Notes: generated from the sequence alone by a model not told the origin. Positions 25,174-38,422 are shown, counted from the first letter of the whole stretch. The stretch: DNA of 51,427 nt, filler included, from Catajapyx aquilonaris (GCA_000934665.2; 3 parts of 3 records of this genome joined end to end with filler, not necessarily neighbours in it), one strand, 5' to 3'. Made by a program: numbers and translations.

Positions 25174-28100
25174 ATGGGCAACGAAGGAGTCAAATATGTC
25201 TCAATGGCCAAAGGTGCAGAAGGGGACACTGAAGATATTCGGTCCTTTCTATCAGGAAGAGACGTCCTTGTGACCGGAGCCACCGGATTTGTTGGGAAGG
25301 CTCTTCTGGAGAAGATTCTGAGGTCGTGTCTTCATGTGGGCACCGTCTTCCTGCTAATTCGACCGTCCAAAGGACTTGATGTAGAGATGAGGAGGAAAGA
25401 ATTGCTCAGCAGTCAGGTCCGTATTTTGAGTCTCTTCTGACATTTAAATTCGTGCAGATATGCAGACTGGGTCCAAAAATGCAATAAGAAGCTTATTAAT
25501 ATATTCATAATTATCGATTGAACAATGCATGGTAGTAAAGCACATGGAGCTTACAAAGGATTTCACTTTATTACAGTAACATGCACAAGGTCATCATTTT
25601 TGCACTTTGAATCAGTTGTATTAATATTGCATTTTTATAAAGAGAATTGATGGTACTGATAACAAATTAAAATTTCGTGGCAAGATGTTATTACCAGGAG
25701 CCAGTATGGCTCAGAAATAATATTTAGGTTATTTCTTATTAATGTGAGTTATTAATATGCGGAAGGTTGGCGGAAGGTAATATACTGTACGAAACGATTA
25801 GAGAAAAAATATTACTGTCCCATACGGAAATGCTCTGCAATAAAATATACATTACACTGGTCAACAGCCAGAGTGTATCTGACAATGAGACAAAAAGTAG
25901 CTTCCGAGATATTGTACTCAATGATAGTAATGCCAAAAATAACTTTGCGACCAGCCAATCAGGAAAAATATTTTGGCGCATTTCGGACTGTCGTAACCGG
26001 ATTCTGGAATATGTTTTGCTAATCTATCGTTTTTTGGCACTGATTATTACCTAATATCCTGTTTGCCTTACCTAACCTTTTGTCAGTTTCATGAAAACCA
26101 CATAAGAGAAAATAATACAAAGAGGGAGATGCAGCGGATTCGTAATTTGATAATATCTGTAGAGGAGGATATACAATTATGATATACGGTATCGTTAAAG
26201 GCTAATTTGCTGTTCATTTTCACAATATCTTGTTTTTCAGGGTTTGTTCGGGTGAAATAAATCGACATTGAGAGTAGCACCTTTCTTGCAACTGAGTGAG
26301 GGTTTTACGACGTTCTGGCAGTCCTGGTAGCGAAAAACTAAGTGAAAATACAATGTACCATTTATACACTATTAGCTTGCTTTTACACATCTAACATGGA
26401 TTGGGTACCAGTAGTGTATTTTACACTCTCAAATGCTGGCTGGATTAAAATTACTTTATTGGCAGTGATCGCCTCCCAATGACATGCATTGTTTATGAAC
26501 TCAGAGGACATCCATTATTACGTAAATAGTTTTTCTTTTATGATCATATATTTTATATAGGAATCGACGGATTTCCGCACTACCCCCCCTCCCTTTCCCA
26601 AGTCTAACTATTTCATTATGCACTTTTTGTCTTTTCAATTTACGTCAATACCTTACACCACCATACCACCATGAAAGTGTGACGCTGCACATTGAGTAAT
26701 ATGCTGTCCTTGATATAATTTCTTTCTTTCTCATCTTACATTCAGGTTTTGAGTCGAGCCTTGAGAGAGCAACCCGACTGCACGTCAAAGGTGGTGGCAG
26801 TGAAGGGTGACCTGTCCTGTGTCAACCTGGGACTGTCACAAGAATGGTGGGACATACTTCAGAAGAGAGTTTCAGTCATCTTCCATGTTGGGGCCTCGGT
26901 CAGGATGAGCGATCCCCTCCTGGAAGCAGCACGAGTCAACCTGGGTTCGGTTCACCACCTGGTCAACCTTGCCCGGGGCATGCCCCACCTGCGAGCCTTC
27001 GTCTACGTCTCCACCGCCTACTGCAACCACGACTCTCCGGACAAGCCAATGGTCAAGGAGAAGGTCTACCCATCCCCTTGCTCTCCAACACTCATGCTCA
27101 ACCTGATGGACACCTGCAACCAGGAGCAAATGGAGATGGTCCTGCCCAGGCTCAGAGGTCAGAAGAGCAACACTTACGTCCTCACTAAGTCTGTGACAGA
27201 GAATTACCTGCAGGAAGCATGCATTGCATACGGGCTGCCAGTGGCCGTCGTGCGGCCATCTATAGGTGAGATTAACTCTGCACTTCCTTTAAATTTATTA
27301 CATAATATGTAGGCTACTAGATGTAGTGAATGTGAATCTTTCAGTGATATCATCTGCATCGGAGCCGGAAGCTGGATGGGTCGAGTCAATGTCCGGTTCG
27401 CCTGCGATTATGACTGCGATAGCCCAAGGAGTGATGAACTCGAACCTGGTTGACCCAAACAAGTTGGCAGACTTGGTACCAGTTGATCATCTGGCCAATA
27501 GTCTCCTTGCTGTATCAATGCAGCTTCATCACCTGGCGAAAAGCCAAAAAACATGGGAAAAACCTCTGGTACTTCACGTCACAACTGGAACTGTCAATCC
27601 TCTCTCCTGTGGCCAGTTTCTCCGAATCATGTGGCGTCACATGCTAGATATGCCGTCTGAGGATCTGATACTACCACCGTGGCCAGTGTTCCACGCCACA
27701 AAAATAGGGTATCAAATACATAGATTTTTCGCTCAGTTCCTGCCCAGCATGTTCTTTGACATTGCAAAGGTGAGTTATACTTACTTGGGATATGATACCA
27801 ATGAAGAAGGCCATTACGGATATTCATTTCTGCCTTTATTTCCGGCTACAGTTTCAGTTCCGCCTCTTACGTCTACAGAGTCGCTTGCACATTATGTCCT
27901 GCCTGTGTGCCCCATTTGTAACTGACGACTGGTTGTTCGAAACGAGTCAGATGAATGACCTGTGGCAATGGCTGTCTCCCCAGGACAGAGCCCTCTTCCC
28001 TTTCCATCCGTCGCTCATCAACTGGGACACACACATCAAGGACTCCGTGGCAGGTGTCCGTCGATTCATACTCGGACAGAACCCATCCACTATACCAGCT

Positions 28101-28193
28101 GCTCGCAAACGCCTAGCTCGAATTCGGACCATACTCTGGTCTATTGCCATCTGCTGTGTCCTGCTGGTAGTAGTTGTCATCAAGACGCAGTGA
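25174..28193 (+). CDS. FAR: Fatty acyl-CoA reductase; exons 25174-25416, 26746-27265, 27345-27769, 27852(or 27858)-28193
   Basis: NAD(P)H-binding VLVTGATGFVGKALLEKILR, VIFHVGASV, YVSTAY, catalytic NTYVLTK (YxxxK), VVRPSIV, PEAGW, ADLVPVD, C-terminal sterile-domain-like segment and TM helix; GT-AG introns in phase. Confidence 0.93.
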
Positions 28194-28654
28194 TGTCCAG
28201 GTAATTGATTCTGAAGTGCACCGATGCAAGACACATTCATGAACATTGATGGGAAACTACCCGGAACAAAAGACGACTTATTATTTGTTCTGTAAGATAT
28301 ATTTCTCTTGCTCAACATTAATTAAATATGCTGCCATTGGCATTGCCAAGCTTCGATAGCGCTTTAAAACGCTTTTAAAAAGGCAGCAATATTGTGTTAG
28401 CATGTAGCTATTGGTAGCGATCAAATCCTTTTCACTAAACATTATACGGCAAAATGTATGAAAAATCATATTGCAGAAAAGTGGATTTTCTAGTTGATAC
28501 GTTTACTTCCATTTCACTTTCACTTAATTAGTAATTATATAACCTCAAGAAGCATCATCAAATTGCTCATTTCACTCGCTGCATAGGTGAAAAAATTCCA
28601 TATAGAGTTGACTTATTTATTGTCTAGGGTTTACTTTACTTATTAACTATGAAT

Positions 28655-28962
28655 GGAAATTCCAAGGGGGTAATCACTTGACTGAAAAGTGTACACTGGA
28701 GTACCAAATTCAAGAAGTACCACGGAGTAATAAAGAGTGAGGTGCCTGAGGAGTACCAGGGAGTACCACTCCCAGGTGTATCATCAGTGAAACAAGAATT
28801 GTCCCAGTTATCCTGACGTGTGGGCTGGCCGCTCGACACACACCATGTAAGTTATATGGTGTGTGTCGAGCGGGCAGCACACACGTCAGGATGACTGGGA
28901 CAATTCTTGTTTCACTGATGATACACCGGAGTACCGAAGTGATTACCCCCTTGGGAAATTCC
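28655..28962. mobile_element. Foldback (hairpin) element
   Basis: Outer arms CCAAGGGGGTAATCACTT/AAGTGATTACCCCCTTGG; inner arms of about 70 bp TGTATCATCAGTGAAACAAGAATTGTCCCAG.../...CTGGGACAATTCTTGTTTCACTGATGATACA. Confidence 0.7.
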
Positions 28963-28967
28963 TCCAG

Positions 28968-29026
28968 CATATCCTCCTGAGACCTGATGTCCAATATTAT
29001 TGGACATCAGGTCTCAGGAGGATATG
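28968..29026. repeat. Perfect palindrome, 29-bp arms, 1-nt loop
   Basis: CATATCCTCCTGAGACCTGATGTCCAATA-T-TATTGGACATCAGGTCTCAGGAGGATATG. Confidence 0.9.
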
Positions 29027-29127
29027 TGTGTAGTGAAACTCTTTCAACTTATCCTCCCACTGAAAAAAGCGTAAGAAAATTATCAAATTTTCCAATTATT
29101 TGAGGGAAATCATATTGTCAAAGCGGT

Positions 29128-29460
29128 AAGGGAGGAGGAGTGGTGCTGCGGTAACGTATGCGCCCACGGATGCTAAGGTCCCGGGTTCGATCCCAACCCG
29201 GGGACACCCCCTTCATCTCGTGAAGAGTTAAGCGGTCGTCTCTGGCTTCGTCTCGGGTGGCATCTCCGAAAGACTAAGCCACCCGGGGGAGTTCACAAAA
29301 TGTACCACGCCAGTCATTGCACTTGCACATTGCACATCCCCTCCTGTCATCCTGCCCGTGGGGCCCGGGCGATTCGCAAAAAGGCACCATGTACCATCTT
29401 AAATGATCAATAAAGGTCCGTGCGACACACCAACCAAGGTGTCTGCACACTGCACTACCC

Positions 29461-29536
<76 letters not shown>
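29128..29536 (+). mobile_element. tRNA-derived SINE with (TTA)n tail
   Basis: A-box-like TGGTGCTGCGG and B-box GGTTCGATCCC; (TTA)n tail about 29461-29536; 16-bp TSD ATATTGTC(A/C)AAGCGGT at 29112-29127 and 29537-29552. Confidence 0.85.
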
Positions 29537-29540
<4 letters not shown>

Positions 29541-30794
29541 TGTCCAAGCGGTGCTACATGTGTACTTGTGCCATTAACATGTTTTAAGTTTTTCTGACTT
29601 ACACAAAATTGAGATTAGAGTTTTCAAATACTGTCCAGGCATGTTATCACTCATTTTGAGTTGTTCTTGGATTAGTCAAATACTTAGAGCTCTCGGTTTA
29701 ACTAAAAAAATATTATTGTTGTCGAAATTGAGTTTGGCATTGCCAATAATTCAGTCATTGACATGCAGGGGTTCTGCTCATCAGGTTTGATTCCAGTGAT
29801 GTAACAGTGTCCATACATATCATGTATTATGTTTGAACAGTAGGATTAACGGATTTCAGAAGGTACGATGAAATAGTCAAACTCGGCATCTCACAAAAAT
29901 ACGCCGGCCAATATGCTTCCTTTAATAGCTTTGCATTTTCATATTATTCAGAAAATGACAATCTACGAATATTGATTTGTTGCGTCCCGTTCAGGTCGTA
30001 CAGAGGCTCCCAGAGATTGTAGTTCGCCAAACCAGCGGTTAAAAACAGGCCAGCGAAATATAATACTGCTCTAAATTTTCAGCTAATATTTTAATAAGCA
30101 GAAAAAGTAACTGCTCAAAAATTTCTGGCCAAAACATGGCTCATCACTGAACATTTTAATTATAACACTGTATACATATCCATTCTTCATGTGGATGTGT
30201 GGGGATCATTCTGTACATCACCACACTTGACTAAAATGGGAGAAATAAATCTGGAGCCATTAAGCAGAGAATTCATGTTTATTATTATTAACATTAATTT
30301 ATAAGGAAGTAGCAGACGAGTAGAATATTCTGCTATTTTCTTTTTCTTGTCAGCGACCAATATTTCATGCCACTGGAAATTGTCAGTTAAATAATATTAT
30401 GACAGATCATAAAGACAGGCACTTCATATAACTTTGCTCCAACATTTACAACTAATTATATCATAGATTGCATCCGAGGCACCAATACATTACGACAGGC
30501 ACCAATACATTACATCCTTTTCCTCTCTAAGCGAGCAATTATATTTCTCCACATTGCCTACTCCACAATACTAATCAGTCCGTCATGCTTACCTAGATAT
30601 GTTTTGCACAATATAATCAGTGACAAAACCTTGGTGCTTAATACACACATTAGGATGGACAGAATGGCTGTTATTATACTGAAAATAATTGCAAGATTTT
30701 ACATCAGTAGGCCTACTGTGTGCACACTATTTTTAAAAATATTTTGTAGGCTACATTATCATAAGTTGAGGCACCTCCATTCCTGATTTCAGAT

Positions 30795-33700
30795 TTAAGA
30801 GTACAATGTTTTTTCCACCCACTCCTCTAGTGTGAAAACAGCCTTGTTTGTCTTCTGAGGATCATGCTCACGAAACAGCTCTGTATGTATGGAAAGGGAA
30901 ACAATATTTATATAAGTTGTTGTGTTACCATCACAAACGCTCATATTCTCACCTATCATGGTCTTCAGCTTCACGGCGCACATTATGAAGTCGTCGAATG
31001 ACAATAGGCCGTCACGATTCCCGTATCGCAAAACCAGAGCATTCAGGACTCTGTTGTTCAGTCGGTATCCTGTGTGGTTCAGGGCAGATCGCAACTCAAA
31101 AGAGTTCAGCTGACCTGAGTTGTCGCGATCAAACTGGCTGAATACAGTCTAGGGAGATTAACAAAATTAAATTTAAAAAGGTAATTACCACGCTATTGTG
31201 ATGCTATTACCTTCCACTTCCTGATGTCCGCCCAAAGTCCTTTGAACTCTTCCAGGCCCAGCTTTCCAGAGAGGTCCGAGTCCAACATGGCAATCATGCT
31301 TCGGCAGACGTCTTTACTGAACCCTGAAAACTCGAATTCTCCATTCGGAAAGCAAAGCGTATTAATTGACTGCAAATTTTAAGAGAATCTGAACAACATT
31401 GCCTTGCAGATTATTTTGTAAAATTTCGAACCAGCAGTAATGTACGCAGCAAGTAAAGTAACCTAATATTATTGAGCTCATATCGGTGTCGACACTCGTG
31501 CGACTGTGATATTAATTATAAAACACACTGTGTGTCGATGGTGCTGTGCACTACCCAGTACATGAATGCCAAATGTTTTCAATAGTGCAGACAAAACCAA
31601 GCAACAAATAAGTCTGAGTGATATATTCAATGTAATGACAATACGAAAGTTCTGCAAGAAAGGATGCTATTTTTTCAGATAAAGAGTGGAAATGTGTCTG
31701 AATTGAACAAATTGTGCACAATTTCGCCACAATAAGCAACTATTGAATTAGGCGTTCACAAACATGCTTCGTGGCTTACCAAGAATGCTACGACCATCCT
31801 CATCTGGAAGATTATTTTAAAACATGGATAACGATCATGTAAGAAGAAAACGACACAAGTAGCAACCACACACAAACACCATGCGCAACAATTACCATTT
31901 TTAGGATACACCAACAAAAGAGTGGTATAGGCTTCAGGTTATCCGATTTACTGAAGTGTATTGTCTTAATTAGATCTGGAGTAGGCAGTATAATTTCCTA
32001 AATATCTTTAGATGATTCAATCATAATGAAGTAAACAATTGAAAGTTAGTTCCAATATATTATAATATATCCTAACAAGAAGTACACATAAATTTAACTC
32101 AATTAAACCTTGAAACTATTACTTTGCCTTGTGATGTAATTTCCTGGTGATTCATTTTCTTAGAGAGAAAAAAATCACGCACTTCATTGGTTCGGATGTA
32201 ACACACCTGCTGTCTCATATATTCACAAATCAGATGAGAAGTATATCATCTCATTCCAATCACTCATCACTAAAAAATAGTAGAATGTGCAGCTCACCTT
32301 TCTTCAGTGCATAGTCCAATACTTTCTTCAGTTCTCGCCAGTCAATCTCCCCATCTTCACCGGCAATAGCACCAAAAAATTCCCGAATCTTTTTGTCGTG
32401 CTCTTCCTCCTCCGGCGTTGCCTCATTCACCTGCAATCAAAAAACAAGTGATTCACGCAATTAAAAGGTTACTGGAATCCTCACCACACCAAGCATGCTG
32501 CTGTACAGAACATACCGTTTCAGACATATCTCCTACACCTAACTTCTCATCGTTTTCTCTGCAAAAAAATAAATAAAAATTATTCTGTCATACAAACAGA
32601 ATACTGAAGTTATACATAGTGTTTCATAAACCGGAGGCAGACATGAGGTTATTATTATTAGTACTGGTATCATTTATTATTATACTTCAATACTTGTATT
32701 TTTATTTAAACCCGGATATCTCAATAACTCGGTCTGTGAAGATCAAATGACATCTATGAATAGAGTGACCCTGTAGTCACTATGATTTCACCTTAGAAGT
32801 TGATCATAATCAGTACCAAACAGTTTTAATGCCAATTAACTCTTCATAGTCACTCATTTCTATTTCCATAAACAGTGAATATATACTCACTCCATGTTGT
32901 TTCCTTTCTCTGAGAAGATCCTGATGAGAAACTCTCCTTCCTCGTTGGGGTCATAGGTGGAAGGCACGATGCAGTAGTTGCCTGGGGGCAGCTTGAACCT
33001 ATGAGTGACCTCTCTCAGGTTGATAAACGTAGGCGTAGTTCCAACCGAGTGGTTATACTTGAAGAATTGCGTGTCCAAAGGTTTCGGTAGGCGGTCTGGA
33101 TCTTTCAACTGTAATGTAGATCAGGTATAATAAATGTTTGGGTGTGGCATATAGAACCTAACGAAATCTACTATGCGTAGTGTCCAAGCATTTCTGCTAC
33201 TGACTACTATAGGCCAGTCTTTTAAAATACAAGTAATCATTTAAGGAGCAGCTTCTGACTGGCCTCTGGCTTCATCATGTTTCACATTGCAGTTACGGCC
33301 TTTTTACTAAGCAGATCATATTTCGCTCTTCATTAATTTCCTTTTGTACAGCTCACGTGATATATGCAGAATCCAATCGAGAGTGAGTTGACCCCCAGCT
33401 TCCTCTGCGCCCTTCTGTTCTTCTGCATCAAGGCAATAATGATGGTGCACTTGTCTTCATCGTCATTCTCATCCGGATCCTCCAGTGTGATCCTGTACTG
33501 TGGGTTGCTTGCAAAAGTGTCCAGGAACTTCCTGTACCCTCCAGCGGTGGCTCCTTTGATCCAAGCAGACTCGAACAGGCTGACCTCCCACTTGATCTTT
33601 TTTTCTTCTCCATCCTTCGCGTCAGCCATCGAGTCCGGACTGAGGNGGTTGCATATCTCCAGGCGGTGGAATCGTGTCAGGAAGTCCTTCCAGGACATCC

Positions 33701-34244
33701 AGAATTCCCCATCGTAATCGAAGGTCAGCCCTATGGCCTCCTTCTCTTCCTGAGGGATGAACTGCCATTCCCTGGACCCGTCGCTCCAGGGTCCCTTCCA
33801 TTCGGCCTCATTTCCCCAAGGATTCCTCAGCCTGATCAATGGTATCTTTCCGGACACTCGAGGGGTACTGATCTCCACCATCTTCACACAGGTCACGCTG
33901 TATGCATGACCTTTGATCAGGCCTTCGGGTGTCTCCTTCTCAAATACGTTAGGATCAGGCTAGAAATTGAAAAATCAGGCTTAAACTACACGTTATTACC
34001 ACTATAAAAAAGACTAGCAGCCTGTGAACATCGCTGACCGTCTCTCCCGTCACAGCGACTCTTTCCCCCTGTTTCATCCACACCCATTCCCCACTTCAAA
34101 CAACCTGTCCTTCACCCACTTTTTCCTCCCCATATCTTCGTCTTTGGTCAACATGCTCTTCCTGATTAGTTGACAACCTAAAAGACGGACAACTTCCTGT
34201 ACAGCTGTTTGTTCAAGATACCTCTATAGAGCAGCCCATGAGCG
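30795..34244 (-). CDS. Classical calpain (CalpA/CalpB-like), 5'-truncated by the gap; exons 34222-34244 (partial), 33357-33959, 32891-33108, 32516-32558, 32298-32430, 31211-(31323/31338/31369), 30953-31148, 30795-30880
   Basis: LMGCSIE/PDPNVFEKETPEGLIKGHAYSVT (catalytic His), RLRNPWG (catalytic Asn), DGEFWMS, domain III NPQY...ALMQKNRR...FINLREV...YCIVPSTY, penta-EF-hand GFSKDVCRSMIAMLDSDLSGKLGLEEF...EEWVEKTLYS*. Confidence 0.93.
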
Positions 34245-34344
34245 NNNNNNNNNNNNNNNNNNNNNNNNNNNNNNNNNNNNNNNNNNNNTTAATTAATTAA
34301 NNNNNNNNNNNNNNNNNNNNNNNNNNNNNNNNNNNNNNNNNNNN
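34245..34344. other. Artificial contig-join spacer (N44-TTAATTAATTAA-N44)
   Basis: Same 100-nt structure as 17074-17173. Confidence 0.95.
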
Positions 34345-34599
34345 GCTAGATGGCTCTGCTGTTGCCACGTTATGGCACATCGCATCGTTGGTTACTATCC
34401 GAGGTTCCGAGCGCCATCTATCAACAAAACAGTCCGCTCGACTAGCGCCTCTCGCGTGACGCGTCTGAGCGCACCCGTTCCTTGTCCATGAACCCCCTCT
34501 AGATGGCGTTTCCGGACACGGTTTCCTATGTCAAAAATGTTTGTCTTGGTCCCCTCTATCACCCCTAGAAGTTTGTAAAGTTAGGTCGTAAACACCCTG
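34345..34599. mobile_element. Right arm of the CAGGGTG palindromic MITE, truncated by the gap
   Basis: ...CCCCCTCTAGATGGCGTTTCCGGACACGG...CACCCTG+TA. Confidence 0.85.
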
Positions 34600-35044
34600 T
34601 ATGTAAATTTCTGTTTCTGTTGTGAAGCTTCACAATTTAAAAAGTTGTCATTAACTTTTTGATTCGCCCTTGTACATTGGCTGCAGTTCCATCATAACTT
34701 GTACACATAATTTACTAACATAATTCAGATTATGGCTGTACTGACTCTGCCTGTCCCATTCCATCATGGTTGTCCAAACAACATCATCATCCAATGTTGC
34801 CAATGATGGGAGGGCAGGGCAAATTGGGACCATTGCCAGCTTTTGGATTCAGTTTTTACTTTCCTACGTTGCAGAGGACATGTGAAGGCCACTACTTGGT
34901 GAATATTTGTACAGGTATAGCATGAGAGACTGTTCATTATGGGGTATTGGAGAACTCTGTCCCCTGAAAACATGCACAAATGCACCTGGACTATGCTTGC
35001 CAAATGAGCATGAGAAGTAATATTACTCTCATTGCAAACTGGTA

Positions 35045-35377
35045 CAGTGCTGGACATATTAGCCGTCGCTGAATGTTTTTTTCCGGCGGCGGCGGCGTTA
35101 CCTGGCAACCCTGTCCAGCGGGCCAATTCAAACATCAGCCCATGGAGAGCGCTTCCATTGTTGCCACTGTTTACAAACCTTGTGAGTGAGTGCACAGGCA
35201 GAAGAGACCCGTCGCTGGGTCGTCCACGTCACTCACTCAATTTGTAAACAGTGGCAACAATGGAAGCGCTCTCCATGGGCTGATGTTTGAATTGGCCCAC
35301 CGGACAGGGTTGCCAGGTAACGCCGCCACTGCCGCCGGAAAAAAAACATTCAGCGACGGCTAATATGTCCAGCACTG
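35045..35377. mobile_element. Tc1/mariner-type palindromic MITE
   Basis: TA-CAGTGCTGGACATATTAGCCGTCGCTG...CAGCGACGGCTAATATGTCCAGCACTG-TA; near-perfect arms of about 133 bp. Confidence 0.9.
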
Positions 35378-36264
35378 TATACCTTCTGCAATAAATTAAA
35401 ACCATTTGGTCGCATCATGACCAGGTATTCCTGCACCAGTTTTCCAAACTACAAGCAATGCTGTAACCCATTCTGGATGCAATGAATGCAAAACACTTGG
35501 ATGACTTCTGCATGTGTGGAAGTGCTATAGATGATTTTTTAATGACGCAACCAAGTGACACCAACACTCACACAAGTCCATTGCTCTAACAACAATATAG
35601 CCACAGGTACTCCTCAGGGGCCACTGGTAGCCTCTAAGGTTCATTCCAGAGCCTTGGCAATGTCGCAAAACTGGGCCATGTTGTTACCCGCTCAAGGGTA
35701 GGGTTGGGAACAAGTCCACCGCTTGTTCACCAGCACACCCACTATGCAGAGAGCTTACGAGCTACCACTGATAATTCCAACCACAAACCATGCAAGTTGC
35801 GCACACTGTGTTGTGCACTTGATCGCGCTCATTTAAAAATTCATCTAAGACACCCGCAGAGCTGCCAAGTTTGTAGATTACCAAGAGATTGACTAGCATT
35901 ACACTAACATTACTAGCATTACATTAACACCAGGTCTGACAGATGCAGAAATGTTGTATTAGCCTGATCAACCTGTGTTGTGTCCATCAGCCAACCCTAA
36001 CATTGATCACGACAGTGTTTCCCCCACTAGAGCTTATGGTTCATGGTACACAAAAGTTTCCTTTTACTCCCCACATTGTGTCACTTTACATCATAAAATA
36101 ACTTGCGGACTTTTGACTGAATTGGCCCTTGGAATGGGAAGGTAAAAATAATAATCCCAATGGGTTACGTACTACCCAACATGCAAGGGCACTATCCCGT
36201 TTGCCTGCGTCATGTCCTCGCTACCCCTTACCCTCGCTGGTGCTAGGCATGGCCCGAGGCATTG

Positions 36265-36380
36265 CCTCCTCTTGGCAGCCCTCCTCCTCGACCTTCTGGC
36301 CCTCCTCGTGGCAGCCCTCCTCATCGACCTTCTGGCCCTCCTCGTGGCAGCCCTCCTCATCGACCTTCTGGCCCTCCTCT
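36265..36380. repeat. Three tandem 36-bp repeats
   Basis: Unit TGGCAGCCCTCCTCATCGACCTTCTGGCCCTCCTCG; the minus strand reads HEEGQKVDEEGC or RRARRSMRRAAT depending on frame. Confidence 0.9.
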
Positions 36381-36904
36381 TCCGTGTCCTGGTGCATGGG
36401 CAAGGTGCCCAAGGGGGAGGTAGGGGGCATGCCGGCACTAGACCTGACCTGTTCCTCTCTGCTAGGTCTTGCAAATCTTTGGGCTGCACCTGCACGTACA
36501 ACCGCAACCGTGGGCTTGAACCTTGCAGTGCTTGCACCGTGCCTGGAAGAAATCCGGATGGGCGAACGAAAAGTAGCATAGCCGTTGATGATGGAGAATC
36601 ACATAACTGATATAACTAATATAATTTATCAAGTAGCGATGGACCAAAGCGTGATTTTCCGCTATCAGTAATAAACGTGATTGCTCTTTTTTGAAAAGCA
36701 TCAAAATACGTGATTTGGATCACAGCGACTTTTCGGGCCGAAAACAGCGTAGTAGCTAATAAATCTCACTAGCTAATTTTGAAAACGCGTTTTTCGGGGG
36801 ACGGGGAGGGAGGGGGGGGGGGTTCTTTCTTCCTTCCCGCCGCTTCCCGCCCATGTACCCGCCCAGCCCCCTGTCACCCCCCTTAGTTGTATGGATAGAG
36901 TAGT

Positions 36905-37124
36905 TTAATTCATGTGTCTCCGCCAGACTGGACATTTGGCGCTGGTGGCGCTACATCATTCGCTATCCGCCATCTTTTTCAAGGTGCACTCAAGTGGTAA
37001 GTCAGCGGAGGGAAAGGAAGATCGAGCCCATCGCGGCATACTGCCCGCTACATACCACAGGAGTTGCACCTTGAACAAGATGCAGTCTTAGCGAACCATG
37101 GGACACAGATATTACACTACCGTA
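36905..37124. mobile_element. Degenerate copy of the TACGGTAG-type hairpin element (related to 39406-39681)
   Basis: Shared ATTTGGCGCTGG...CGCCATCTT...AAGGTGCACTCA...GTTGCACCTTGA...CTACCGTATT. Confidence 0.6.
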
Positions 37125-37480
37125 TTCGAGGAGTGTCATAGTGTCGCCGTTGGGTTTTCACCCAACTTTAATGTCATTTAAGGTTCGAATAATCTTTAGG
37201 TAAGGCTGTATTAAAATGTGATTTTAATATGACATTATGTACAATGATCACTCGAAGTTATCCCAATACATAGTTACAACACTGCTGCTGACGTTACGAC
37301 TGCTCTCAGTCAGTCAAGTTTACAAGTTCAAAGTTAAAGCCAATTATCAACCTATGTTGCCTCAGCAAAGGCCTGGCCAAATGCCAGCCTCACGGGTTAA
37401 ATCGGAGCAGCTACATTCTCAATCGTGAGTCCTAGCCCGCGCCCAGGAACTGCCTGTCCTGTGCAGAAGTTATCCTTATA

Positions 37481-38042
37481 CAGGGTGTAAATGAATTCAA
37501 CCGACAAACTTCTCGGGGTGATAGAGGGGACCAAGACAAACATTTTTGACATAGGAAACCGTGTCCGGAAACGCCATCTAAAGGGGGTTCATAGACGAGG
37601 AACGGGTGCGCTCAGACGCGTCACGCGAGAGGCGCAAGTCGAGCGGACTGTTTTGTTGATAGATGGCGCGCAGTTGTTGCCAGGTTATGGCGTATCGCGT
37701 CGTTGTAAGTAAGCAACAACACGATACGCCATAACCTGGCAACAACAGAACCGCTGTTGACTATCCGCGCGTCTCCTAGGAGGCGGACTTTAGTTGCTAG
37801 ATGACTCTGTTGTTGCCACGTTATGGCACATCGTATCGTTGGTTACTATCCGAGCGCCATCTATCAACAAAACAGTCCGCTGGCCTAGCGCCTCACGCGT
37901 GACGCGTCTGAGCGCACCCATTCCTTGTCTATGAACCCCCTCTAGATGGCGTTTCCGGACACGGTTTCCTATGTCAAAAATGTTTGTCTTGGTCCCCTCT
38001 ATCACCCCTAGAAGTTTGTCGGTTGAATTCATTTACACCCTG
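37481..38042. mobile_element. Full-length CAGGGTG palindromic MITE (about 562 bp, TA TSD)
   Basis: TA-CAGGGTGTAAATGAATTCAACC...GGTTGAATTCATTTACACCCTG-TA; arms of about 190 bp plus an internal hairpin. Confidence 0.92.
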
Positions 38043-38422
38043 TATTCTGGACTGTATACGTGCATGACAATATGAGGAAACCCTCCTATTGCACAAGCAA
38101 AGTCAGCTTGTTTTTCCCAATGTGGGACTCATTAAGATATGGATTGCAAAGTCCACTTGCAACAATAGGGCTGTGGCTGTATCCGCCTCACACACACCTC
38201 CAAGCAGCCCTATGACCATGGCCTTCCTATGACACTCCTCTAATACGGTAGTGTAATATTTGTGTCCCAGCCCCCTGACACATCCAGCTTAGCCCTGTGT
38301 TGAAGGTTGTTTAATATAAAAGGCTCCGCTATGTGGGGAACATGGCGCTGGTGCGCCTCCTCAGCTGGCTAGTGAGGGGTCGGTTCGGATTGACCGCATT
38401 CGGAACCATCTGGTCTTAGAAT

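Larger units (their letters stand above)
34860..36543 (-). pseudogene. Heavily decayed, possibly transposase-derived coding remnant
   Basis: Broken frames give VCATCMVCGWNYQW, GNNMAQF, SLKNHL and SLMLYLYKYSP, reminiscent of metazoan DNA-transposon proteins; many stops and frameshifts. Confidence 0.25.

Noticed and set aside
29131..29210. tRNA-like sequences here and at about 39105-39185 and 49430-49505
   Set aside because: No complete cloverleaf is evident, and each is attached to a SINE body and flanked by TSDs
29403..29597. Poly-Leu ORF, and the RE/SL-repeat ORFs at 44609-44975
   Set aside because: Translations of the (TTA)n and (GA)n microsatellites
16914..34599. Idea that the two gap-truncated MITE halves are one element split by a misplaced contig
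   Set aside because: Their subterminal variable segments differ, whereas intact copies have mirrored arms
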